Virus record (IMG/VR): IMGVR_UViG_3300035670_000255
Span: 1 to 56,702 of that record
Strand: one strand, 5' to 3'
Length of the DNA: 56,702 nt
Source: a virus
Taxonomy: Duplodnaviria; Caudoviricetes
The translations under genes and the position numbers were made by a program. The notes beneath the pieces were generated by a model that was given only the letters and a program-made list of their open reading frames with translations, was not told the DNA's origin and made no database searches. This document shows positions 9,502 to 17,970 of the stretch, one piece after another. The stretch's first letter is position 1. Each line of letters opens with the position of its first letter.

Positions 9502-9928
9502 AATGTCCTCTTTCTCTTAGGTATTTAGCAGCACGGTCTACAACGTCGGGGTGGTCTTTTAGGAATGCAATGGAGCTGTTACACTTCTTGCACAGCAAAC
9601 CACGAAACTCATCGGTCTTGTGGTTGTGGTCGATGGCGCAGGTGTCGAGATGGATGTTGTCTAAACATATAGCACACTTACCTTCCTGCTCTAAGAAGGT
9701 GTCCTTCACTTGACGTGGAGTAACCTTCCTTCGTTTGCACCTTCTGTTAAAGGTCCATTCGGGCGACGACTTCGCTGCCTTCTCTGGATTCTCTTTCTTC
9801 CAGACCTTGTACTTCTCGTAAGAGCAGGCCTTGCATTGGAGTGCTCGCTTTTCGTTATGCCGTCCGTAGATTCGATAGCCTTCTATTGACTTCTCGACTC
9901 CGCAGACATTGCAAGCGAACAACTCCAT
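9488..9928 (-). mobile_element. Endonuclease VII-family (His-Me) free-standing endonuclease
   Basis: QEGKCAIC...IDHNHKTDEFRGLLCKKCN signature; N-terminal CxxC...CKAC zinc module. Confidence 0.88.
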
Positions 9929-10104
9929 TAGTCCTCGCTATAGAAGCAGGCCTTGACTTTGTAATGGGTTGGCATCTTACCTCCTGCTTTAACGGCAGCT
10001 TCCAGCTGTTTAACAGCCATCATAAGGTCCATCCCCTTTACTTCAATCTCAGCACCGGACTCTTCGCCCATCTTGCCTCCTTCGTTGTACTTCTTGGTTT
10101 TCAT
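9928..10104 (-). CDS. 58-aa protein with N-terminal KYNEGG motif (not in ORF track)
   Basis: MKTKKYNEGGKMGEESG...VKACFYSED; TAATG overlaps at both ends. Confidence 0.7.
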   Translation of the reverse strand: MKTKKYNEGGKMGEESGAEIEVKGMDLMMAVKQLEAAVKAGGKMPTHYKVKACFYSED

Positions 10105-10466
10105 TACTTCATCATCTTGAAGTCCATACCAGTAATCTTTCCGTCCTTATTCTTGTCCAGCTTTACCTGTCCTCCTTTAAGGTACTTCATCATACCGCCT
10201 TTGCCGTAGCTAGGAACCTTTCCTCCGCCCATCATCTTCTGAACGGGCTTCTTGACAACCTTGAATCCTTTAGCCTTTAGTTCTTTGTCGAACTTAGCAA
10301 GGGCTTCTGGACCTTCCTCTTTCAGTGCATTGCGCATCTCGGTAAGGTTCTCGGCTTCACGAGAGCGAGCAGCAGCATTGAACTTCTGGTCAGCCGTCAT
10401 TGGCATCTTCTTCTTAGGGTCTGGAACAATAGGTCCGCCCTTGGCGTACATCATTTTCGTTTTCAT
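10104..10466 (-). CDS. Basic putative internal virion protein with YxxGG repeats and an EF-hand-like loop
   Basis: YAKGG, MMGGG, YGKGG, YLKGG; DKNKDGKITGMD. Confidence 0.7.
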   Translation of the reverse strand: MKTKMMYAKGGPIVPDPKKKMPMTADQKFNAAARSREAENLTEMRNALKEEGPEALAKFDKELKAKGFKVVKKPVQKMMGGGKVPSYGKGGMMKYLKGGQVKLDKNKDGKITGMDFKMMK

Positions 10467-10482
10467 AAAGCGAAGATAATTA

Positions 10483-11106
10483 TTAAAAGTAATCGAACTT
10501 AAAGCCTTTAGTTGATGATTGATTGCCCTTAAGTACAGTCGTCACAGTTGATTTTGATATACCAATAGCGTCTGCTGCCTCTTTTGCTGTTGCCCAAATG
10601 AATATTACATTGCCGTCCATATCCATTTGAACTACAGCTCTAGACCTAGGGTTGTTGTATCCAGACACATCTCCTAACCAAGTAGTTGGGTTAATTTTAT
10701 GAGCCTCACTCATCTTACGACGAGTTTCTTCTGATGGTATTCTGCCAATAGACTTTGCTCGTATCTTTTCTACAATATCCGCATAATTAGGTAGGTCTGT
10801 AATCTTTGGAGGCTTGTCTCCGCCTTTACTAGTATTGACTAACTTCTTTCCTTTAGATAAAGCTAAAGAGATTAACTCAACCTCTTTTTCATAGCACTCT
10901 GTTTCAGTTCCCTGAAAAATAATCCTGTGCCTAAAGTCAAAGTCAATCTTACGAAGCCATCGAGACTTGCGTAGGTTATATGATTTATTCTTCTTGTTTG
11001 TTGCTTCGTGTACGTGATTCTTCAACCTTTGCTCTGGTTCAATAGATACTCCAATGTATCTAATTCCAGTAGCGTCAGCTAATACGTAGACAAAACAATT
11101 ACCCAT
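10483..11106 (-). mobile_element. Free-standing GIY-YIG homing endonuclease (NUMOD3 + NUMOD1)
   Basis: FVYVL...RYIGVS..R...H; SEETRRKMSEAH (NUMOD3); VVQMDMDGN...AADAIG (NUMOD1/HTH); probable start MGNCF overlapping the endolysin stop. Confidence 0.85.
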
Positions 11107-11593
11107 AAATCTCCTTGAACTTGGCTGCGGTGTACGGAATGTACTTGGCCTTACCTCCAGTAAAAACAGCAATCAGAATCTGTTTACGGTTTGTTCCTTT
11201 ACGATAACCGACGTGCACCCAGTTCATATCGCCAGCTCCGTTAGAACCCTCAGCGATGAGTTGGTCAAACTCCAAGTTGTCTTTAATAAAGTTGAATACA
11301 TCCTTGTTCTTTACACCATTACCGTGACCATCTTGGTCTAGGTCAAGAGCCTTTCCGTTGTTATGGTCAGAGGTAGCACTACCACCAATCGCCTTGTTTA
11401 AGGCAGCAGAGCGGTACCCAGATGAAATGTAAATAGGCACACCAAAGTGTTCACGCACCTTGTCAAACACTTCCTCACAGATAGTCTTAAGGTTCTCGAG
11501 GTGCTCAGCAGTTGGAGAGTTGTCAATACCCTTGCGCTTGGCAGTATCACTACGAGTTACTTCAGCCAGCGACACATACTTAGATAGTTTCAT
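11099..11593 (-). CDS. Endolysin, peptidase M15 family
   Basis: ISSGYRS..LN..IGG...SDH..GKALD...WVHVGY zinc peptidase motifs. Confidence 0.9.
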   Translation of the reverse strand: MKLSKYVSLAEVTRSDTAKRKGIDNSPTAEHLENLKTICEEVFDKVREHFGVPIYISSGYRSAALNKAIGGSATSDHNNGKALDLDQDGHGNGVKNKDVFNFIKDNLEFDQLIAEGSNGAGDMNWVHVGYRKGTNRKQILIAVFTGGKAKYIPYTAAKFKEIYG

Positions 11594-11615
11594 AATCGTC
11601 TACGTTTTAGAGTTA

Positions 11616-11623
11616 CAAAAATA
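11616..11623 (-). promoter_or_regulatory. Bacteroidota-type -7 box (TATTTTTG) for the endolysin-terminase arm
   Basis: Consensus match 22 nt upstream of the endolysin ATG. Confidence 0.6.
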
Positions 11624-11690
11624 ATCAATTCTGTTTTACCCCCTTATTGGTCATTAACAATGAAATGTTGAATACTCATACTCCAAACTA

Positions 11691-11721
11691 TTGAAAGTAT
11701 CATTTTTCTCTTGTAACTTTG
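11691..11721 (+). promoter_or_regulatory. Bacteroidota-type promoter TTG-N20-TAACTTTG with no ORF downstream
   Basis: -33 TTG at 11691, -7 TAACTTTG at 11714-11721. Confidence 0.65.
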
Positions 11722-11726
11722 CCGCT

Positions 11727-11940
11727 AAAGGTCCTAGCGCTAGCACAACCAACAGAACACTAAAGCTGACGGGCGGGCCTCCCACCCCGCCAAGTCAGCA
11801 GCTACACAACAGCTAGCAAGTGAGCTTTGACCAGTAACACCTGCCAAGGGTCAAAGCGAACGCGTCATAATAGGATAGACTTGTGCTGGCACGAAGACTA
11901 TTCTAGCTGTTCATCTTCTTCTCACCTCTCTTTTTTTTGC
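11727..11940 (+). ncRNA. Candidate structured non-coding RNA
   Basis: Own promoter, GC-rich hairpins, two long-range helices, ends in a T-run; no ORF. Confidence 0.5.
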
Positions 11941-12136
11941 AACGTGCTCTATTTCACATAGTTGTCTACGTTTCTTTTTTAGGTAAACTTAGCTGTCACT
12001 CCCCCAACGAGAGAGAATAACAGCACATTTACAAATCTACACAACCTAACGCAGCCAACTTCCTAGACAACATCCAACACACCAGAACACATCCAACACT
12101 AAATAGAGCACTCAACAATGTTCAGCTAGCACACGT

Positions 12137-12562
12137 CATAGCCAGAAACTATCAGTCGCAAGTGCACACTGATAAAAGGAACCACCAGATATAAGTATGG
12201 GCGGGATTATATATACTATACAACGAATCGACAACCAAACCGAAACGAAATCACAGACCCAAGCCCCCTACACGTACACGAAATTCTCAGAACATTCCAG
12301 CGTTTTACTACCTACTCCTACCCATAGATTCTAACTATTAAGTAGCCCCTTGGTCATAGTTTTTTCCTATCAAGTACCTAGTTAGCGATAGGAAATAACT
12401 ATCGGTGAGAAGTTCTCTCTGATGTAAGTGCTTGATAATCAGGGAGAACAATCCCACTCTAAAATCCCCTCATAGCCAAAACCTATCAACAACTACCAAA
12501 ACCACGCGCCTACGAGACAGCCATCATAGCCAAATCCTATCGGTCGATAGTCAAAACCTATC
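12137..12562. repeat. Array of seven ATAG-N7-CTAT palindromic boxes
   Basis: 17-mers at 12137, 12323, 12355, 12387, 12471, 12525, 12546. Confidence 0.8.
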
Positions 12563-12643
12563 GGGGTCGGAGTTATATTCGCGCCTCTACGTGTGGGTAT
12601 GACGCGCAGGTGACGGGCAGGTAGCGCAGGTAGGCGCCGCGCG

Positions 12644-12717
12644 ATAGTCAATAGTAATTCTAAACGAAATTTATTTGTTTCTCAAATAAATTTCTTAAGA
12701 ATTATTCTATTGACTAT
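12644..12717. repeat. Long AT-rich imperfect inverted repeat
   Basis: ATAGTCAATAG/CTATTGACTAT outer arms and GAAATTTATTTG/CAAATAAATTTC inner arms. Confidence 0.85.
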
Positions 12718-12734
12718 TTCCTACGAGAAAGTCG

Positions 12735-12742
12735 TACTTTTG
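12735..12742 (+). promoter_or_regulatory. Early promoter -7 box (TACTTTTG)
   Basis: Consensus match ~30 nt upstream of the first plus-arm ORF. Confidence 0.6.
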
Positions 12743-12771
12743 CCTCGAATCCCACCAAAAATCGTGTTCCG

Positions 12772-13056
12772 ATGGCTAAAGTAAAAAGAAATACTAACTC
12801 TACCTATACTCACGTTAGTAGTCCAAAGATTAGTAGTGTATATCAGGAGAATATATACTATACTCATAAGTTCACTAAGTTCAAAACTAAGTTTCGTACT
12901 AAGTGCTTTGAGACAGGTTCTATACTTGATGCAGGTACTTTTGTTGCCTTTGATACTTTGAGTCGCAAAGTATTTTCTCTTAATAGTTCTACTTATGCTT
13001 ACTACTTGACCTCTATTAGTCGGTCATTTAATGGTCTTAATTGGTCAAGAGTATAA
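12772..13056 (+). CDS. Hypothetical early protein
   Basis: 94-aa ORF after the promoter; strong T-ending codon bias like neighbouring early genes. Confidence 0.6.
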   Translation: MAKVKRNTNSTYTHVSSPKISSVYQENIYYTHKFTKFKTKFRTKCFETGSILDAGTFVAFDTLSRKVFSLNSSTYAYYLTSISRSFNGLNWSRV

Positions 13057-13129
13057 AGTTTAAGGTGTAGGATACTACCTTTGAAGTGTATCTATTGTTT
13101 TCTTTTTTTTTTTGTAATTCCTAATTGTT

Positions 13130-14269
13130 ATGGATAATCTTGTAACCTTGTCTTGTGGTCGTGAAGTAGATGCTTCTGATGCTGTTGAGATTACTTATGG
13201 CTTCCGTCGTGGTACTCTGATTCACGTAGATGACTCTATCTCTACTATTGATGGTGAAGTAGTTCACTCTGATGATGCTTACTATTGTGATGGAGATGGT
13301 GAATACTATGCAGATAGTTCCGACTTAGTTTACGTTAGTGAGGGTAGTTATGATGGCTACTATTTGTCTGATGATGTAGTTTACGCTGAAGATTGTAATG
13401 ACTACTACCACATTGGAGACATTGGTCATTATGTGTTCCAACATTCAGATGGTTGTTACTATACTGAAGAAGAACGTACTGAGCGTTGTCATTCCTACCA
13501 TAGTGGCTATCGTCCTATGTTGACTACTGAAGATACCAAGTTTACTGTGGGCTTCGAGGTAGAGAAAGAAGATGAAGAAGTCCTTGATAATTGGGAATTA
13601 GATGACGTAGACGACACTAAGTGGTCTCGTGAAGAAGATGGTTCCCTTGATGGTTCCTCAGGTTTTGAATTGGTAAGTCCTACCTACGACCTTATGACTG
13701 ATGACTTAGACAATGCTGTTGCTACTGATATTCTCAGTGCTCATATCAATGCTAAGTATTCTGATAATTGTGGTGGTCATATCAACTTTGGTATCAAAGG
13801 TTTGGATGGTCAAGAGGTCTACGATAAGGTAAAAGGGTTTGTTCCTGTGCTGTTGTCGCTGTACCAATCTCGACTACGTAGTCGTTGGTGCCCTGCTAAG
13901 AAGTCCTACGATAATAGTAAGTATAGTGCTGTTGCTATCAAGAGTTCCTACATTGAGTTTCGTGCTCCTTCTGCTGTTATTTCGGTAACTAACTTACTAT
14001 GGCGTAGGGACTTGCTTCGTATTATGGCTTCTAACCTTGACAAGGGTACGCTGTTCTTTATCCGTGAGATGTTGACTCCTACGAGTGCCCTACATAAGCA
14101 CTTGCTCAAGGTGGTGAGTGCTCCTACTATCTACCGACGTGCCGCATTTGCTGCTGCGTTGGCTGAGAAAATGACAGGTACCGACTACGCTAAGTACGTT
14201 AGTGTTGAGGGTTTCGGTAGTGCTGTGGAAGATATGAAATCCCGTGCCGAATCTATGATTCGTGAGTAA
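13130..14269 (+). CDS. Putative amidoligase (Amidoligase_2-like COOH-NH2 ligase) with D/Y/C-rich N-terminal repeats
   Basis: GFEVEKE...DGSL...GFELVSP...CGGHIN...KYSAV...IEFR motifs. Confidence 0.8.
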   Translation: MDNLVTLSCGREVDASDAVEITYGFRRGTLIHVDDSISTIDGEVVHSDDAYYCDGDGEYYADSSDLVYVSEGSYDGYYLSDDVVYAEDCNDYYHIGDIGHYVFQHSDGCYYTEEERTERCHSYHSGYRPMLTTEDTKFTVGFEVEKEDEEVLDNWELDDVDDTKWSREEDGSLDGSSGFELVSPTYDLMTDDLDNAVATDILSAHINAKYSDNCGGHINFGIKGLDGQEVYDKVKGFVPVLLSLYQSRLRSRWCPAKKSYDNSKYSAVAIKSSYIEFRAPSAVISVTNLLWRRDLLRIMASNLDKGTLFFIREMLTPTSALHKHLLKVVSAPTIYRRAAFAAALAEKMTGTDYAKYVSVEGFGSAVEDMKSRAESMIRE

Positions 14270-14278
14270 ATTTTAATC

Positions 14279-14313
14279 GGGGCTTGTTGGGTTCTGGACT
14301 TGACAAGCCCCTT
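14279..14313 (+). terminator. Hairpin after amidoligase 1
   Basis: GGGGCTTGT...ACAAGCCCC followed by TTAT. Confidence 0.45.
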
Positions 14314-14326
14314 ATATTGTATACGT

Positions 14327-14416
14327 ATGAAAGAAAATGTCCTTCCCCTTCCGATGATTGCTGTTGTGCTGTTCATTGGTATTATCAGCGTGGCTCTTGT
14401 AAGTGCTATCGCCTAA
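14327..14416 (+). CDS. 29-aa single-transmembrane peptide (not in ORF track)
   Basis: MKENVLPLPMIAVVLFIGIISVALVSAIA. Confidence 0.5.
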   Translation: MKENVLPLPMIAVVLFIGIISVALVSAIA

Positions 14417-14451
14417 CTATTTGTTTATTAACTATTTAATTCTTGTTTATT

Positions 14452-15390
14452 ATGTGTATTGCAATTCTTAACAAATCAAATCAACTATCTCGTAAGACAC
14501 TCAAAAATTGTTGGGACTCAAATGACGATGGTGCTGGCTTTATGTATGTTCGTGATGGTATTCTCAATGTATTCAAACAGCCAAACACTTCACCTACGGA
14601 CTTCGATGCGCTGTACCTTGCCTACGCTACTGCCTTCAAGCACCGCGACAAGCACACCCCTATGGTACTGCACTTCCGTATTGCTACCCACGGAATGACC
14701 ACTGAGTTTCTGCATCCCTTCCTTGTCTCTGATACTCTTGGTTTTGTTCACAATGGTATCCTTGCTGGGCTTGGTACTCACGAGTACTCAGACACTGCCT
14801 TCCTACGTGATATGTTGCGTGAGTTACCTACGCCTATGACCGATAATGTTCAGGGCTTGGTCGGCACTCAGATTATGCTTGCGATGCTCCACAAGTTCAT
14901 AGGTGCGGGTAACAAACTAATCTTCTTAGATAATACTGGCGACTTCGAGATTGTCAACGAGGAAGCGGGTATGTGGGAAGATGGTAATTGGTTCTCTAAT
15001 TCTTCCTACAAAGAGCGTGGTGTACGCTACTACGGCTCCTACGCTATGTACGACTACGACAAGCCGTGGTCTGATGGTGCCTACGGCGCTAAGTCAACAG
15101 CCAAACTATCAAGCAAGAGTCAAGCGTACTACGATGACCTTGATGCACTTGAGGAAGCCGAATGGAACAAGTCCTTTGATGCTCAGGATAAGACCGTACT
15201 CGTTGAGGTTGAGAATCTTAGCCCTTTGATTGAAGCCCACGAGGTTATTGATGTGAAGGCACATTGTAGTTCCTGCGACAAAGACACCTACGTAACTATG
15301 TATGCGGAGTGTAGCGAGTGCGGTGCCTACAACATTAAGGCTGAGTCTGCTGTCATTGCTTGGCAGGACACCAATGGTCTTGTATTGTAA
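14452..15390 (+). CDS. Class II (Ntn) glutamine amidotransferase with C-terminal zinc ribbon
   Basis: Start MCIAI (catalytic Cys2); NDDGAG, HFRIATHG, HPF, HNG, SDT motifs; CSSC...CSEC. Confidence 0.88.
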   Translation: MCIAILNKSNQLSRKTLKNCWDSNDDGAGFMYVRDGILNVFKQPNTSPTDFDALYLAYATAFKHRDKHTPMVLHFRIATHGMTTEFLHPFLVSDTLGFVHNGILAGLGTHEYSDTAFLRDMLRELPTPMTDNVQGLVGTQIMLAMLHKFIGAGNKLIFLDNTGDFEIVNEEAGMWEDGNWFSNSSYKERGVRYYGSYAMYDYDKPWSDGAYGAKSTAKLSSKSQAYYDDLDALEEAEWNKSFDAQDKTVLVEVENLSPLIEAHEVIDVKAHCSSCDKDTYVTMYAECSECGAYNIKAESAVIAWQDTNGLVL

Positions 15391-15439
15391 TTGTTTGATT
15401 TCTAATTGTTTAACTTGTCTAATTTAATTTAATTGTTTT

Positions 15440-16942
15440 ATGGAATTTATCGATGTAAATGTTCGTGCTTGGTTCAATCTCCACAATGGGTTCCGTGGTT
15501 ACGCTATGGATGAGCCGTACCTAACTACCTACAACGGATTGCTACACAACCACCTGCGTGACATAGAGTATGGCCGTGCTGACAGCGACGTGTTCAGCAT
15601 TCTATTTACAGGTACATCCTACGGACTTAATGGCGAGATGCGTACTGAAATCAACAACTCTTGGGGCAATCAAGGCAACCAAGAGGGGCGTGTCTACGGA
15701 TTCAACGACAGCGATGACCAAAATGGTGGCCGTGTTTCTCTTAGCAATAACTATAATGGCCGCGACCTTATGGCTCCGTGGCAGGCATTGTCTGAGACCT
15801 ACGGCAAACCAGTGGTGTTTTGGTTTGACAATTCGTGGTCTCCTACTGGTACTTGGGCAGGTATACGCCACGATGCCCCGCGTTCTACGTGGGAAGCATT
15901 CAACCTTGCTGTGTACGATGCCAACCGACAGAGTAGGGGTGAGGCATACAAGTACATCGCCGACAACCTCTCATTATTAATGGATGGTATTGAGTTATCT
16001 AAGCCTGATGTTGAGGCTTGGTTTAGCACCTACGAGGAGCGCGAGGCACAGCGACTACGTGAGGAGCGTGAGCGCCGCGCTATTGCGCGTATCGAGAACG
16101 CTCCCTATGTTGCTGACTACCACGAAGGTGCACGGCACGGAGAGCAACGACCTTCCTACGTGGGTAAGGATACGCTGTTCTCTGTTGGCTTCGAGGTTGA
16201 GAAGGAGGACTATGATGTCAAGACTTCAATCAACAACGTCAAGTTCAATATGGCTACGGGTTGGGATAAGGAGCGCGATGGTTCCTTGAACGATGACGGC
16301 TATGAGATTGTGTCTCCTACGTACGACCTGTACGACGACAGACTTGACCAAGACCTGAAGATTGATATTCTTCGTGAGCATATTGACGGCGACTACTCCA
16401 AGCGTTGCGGTGGACACATCCACTTGGGTGCTGTGGGTATGACTGGCCGTACGTTCTTCGACCGCTTTGCTCCGTGGTTGCCTCTTATGTACGCTGTCTA
16501 CGTTGGCCGCATCAATGGCGAACACTGCAAGGTTAAGAAGAACGATGACCTTAAGTTCTCGTCCGACAAGTATCAATCTGTCCGTTTGTTTGACAACCGC
16601 ATTGAACTGCGTATCCCTTCTGCTGTGTCTGACACTACTAACTTGCTGTGGCGGCGTGACTTGCTCCGCATTATCTGCGACAACCTTGATGCTACTCCCC
16701 TACGTATCGTGAGTATGCTTACAGACAAGCGTAGTCGCCTCTACAAGCATATGTCTAAGGTGTATGATGCTAAGCGTATGCAAGAGAAACTACAACTCTA
16801 TGTGTACTTCGCCAATGAAATCCTTGACGATGCCTACACTATGATACCTGAGCGTATCCCTACGTGGGAGAAGATGTTCAACAAATCTCAAATCTCTCAC
16901 CTTCGTAACCACGGCTTCCGCCAGAAGTCTTTAACTATCTAA
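15440..16942 (+). CDS. Second putative amidoligase (paralogue of 13130-14269, unrelated N-terminus)
   Basis: GFEVEKE...DGSL..DGYEIVSP...CGGHIH...KYQSV...IELR; shares NLLWRRDLLRI with the first copy. Confidence 0.8.
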   Translation: MEFIDVNVRAWFNLHNGFRGYAMDEPYLTTYNGLLHNHLRDIEYGRADSDVFSILFTGTSYGLNGEMRTEINNSWGNQGNQEGRVYGFNDSDDQNGGRVSLSNNYNGRDLMAPWQALSETYGKPVVFWFDNSWSPTGTWAGIRHDAPRSTWEAFNLAVYDANRQSRGEAYKYIADNLSLLMDGIELSKPDVEAWFSTYEEREAQRLREERERRAIARIENAPYVADYHEGARHGEQRPSYVGKDTLFSVGFEVEKEDYDVKTSINNVKFNMATGWDKERDGSLNDDGYEIVSPTYDLYDDRLDQDLKIDILREHIDGDYSKRCGGHIHLGAVGMTGRTFFDRFAPWLPLMYAVYVGRINGEHCKVKKNDDLKFSSDKYQSVRLFDNRIELRIPSAVSDTTNLLWRRDLLRIICDNLDATPLRIVSMLTDKRSRLYKHMSKVYDAKRMQEKLQLYVYFANEILDDAYTMIPERIPTWEKMFNKSQISHLRNHGFRQKSLTI

Positions 16943-16944
16943 CT

Positions 16945-17184
16945 ATGAGTAAGATATCTGAATATACTAACGGCTTCTACGCCTTCCTTGCCTACAAGTA
17001 TGTGTACAGCGATATGTCTGTGCACGATGCGTTGTGCGATGATGAGATGTGGGACAAGTGCCGTGAGTTCGCTGATAAGTGGCGGGAATGGGATAGAAAA
17101 AATTCCTCCCCCACTTTCAGTGGGTACGATTCCTTTATGGAGTTCGTGGAGATAGCCTCCTACGATGAAGATGAATTACTTTAA
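16945..17184 (+). CDS. Hypothetical early protein
   Basis: Packed ORF in the early operon. Confidence 0.65.
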   Translation: MSKISEYTNGFYAFLAYKYVYSDMSVHDALCDDEMWDKCREFADKWREWDRKNSSPTFSGYDSFMEFVEIASYDEDELL

Positions 17185-17193
17185 AACTACTAT

Positions 17194-17385
17194 ATGAAAC
17201 TAATTGAACTGAAAGAATTGCTGTTCCCTTTTCCTGAGGACAGCGAAGTTGTTATCGAAGTGTTCGATGAGAACGCCCCCGCTAATGAAGACCTGTATGA
17301 CTTCTACGTTGACCACGTTACAATCCGTGAGGAAGGTGAGATACAGGCCTACGAAATCCGTTTATGCTTAACTAAAAATAAATAA
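17194..17385 (+). CDS. Hypothetical acidic protein
   Basis: Packed ORF. Confidence 0.65.
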   Translation: MKLIELKELLFPFPEDSEVVIEVFDENAPANEDLYDFYVDHVTIREEGEIQAYEIRLCLTKNK

Positions 17386-17387
17386 CT

Positions 17388-17960
17388 ATGCCTAACTGGT
17401 GCTATGTAACCCTCGAGGCCAATGCCTCAAAAGAAGAACTGCAAAAGTTCTATAATAAAGTTATTGTCCCTACACCCGACAGCGATGAGGGTAAGGAGAC
17501 CCTTGACTTCAATGCCATCATACCTATGCCTAACAACGTATTCCGTGGCAACTTAGGTAATGCTGAGCGTGAGCAATGCGAACGTGATGGTATCCCCAAC
17601 TGGTACGACTGGAGTTGTGATAACTGGGGCACTAAATGGAATGCCGCATTCACTGAGGTATTTTGGGAATCCGATGAGCGTTTGTTTATCAACTTCGCTA
17701 CTGCTTGGTCTTACCCTGAGCACGTGATGACTACTATGTTCTCTATGTTTCCAAACATTGAATTTGTGGCTAAGGCCGAGGAAGAAAGTGGTCAGTTTTA
17801 CTTTATGCACCACTCAGATGGAACATTTGAAAGCGGAAGCGAGGTATTCTTCGCTGAGAATGGTAACGAAATTACCTACGACAACAAAACTGACAAGTGG
17901 GTTGATGCTGACGGCAACACCTACGAGGACTACGATGAACGTGAAATTATTTACCCATAA
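17388..17960 (+). CDS. DUF1281/YubB ferredoxin-like domain protein
   Basis: MPNWC...DFNAIIPMP...WYDW..DNWGTKWNA...F.TAWS.P motifs. Confidence 0.75.
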   Translation: MPNWCYVTLEANASKEELQKFYNKVIVPTPDSDEGKETLDFNAIIPMPNNVFRGNLGNAEREQCERDGIPNWYDWSCDNWGTKWNAAFTEVFWESDERLFINFATAWSYPEHVMTTMFSMFPNIEFVAKAEEESGQFYFMHHSDGTFESGSEVFFAENGNEITYDNKTDKWVDADGNTYEDYDEREIIYP

Positions 17961-17970
17961 ACTAAACAAG

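Noticed and set aside
12069-12100. ACATCCAACAC direct repeat x2
   Set aside because: Lies in low-complexity C/A-rich sequence; two short copies are not enough to call
12137-12562. CRISPR mini-array
   Set aside because: Conserved parts are only 4-5-bp half-sites with variable centres and irregular spacing; no 25-47-bp repeat and no cas genes
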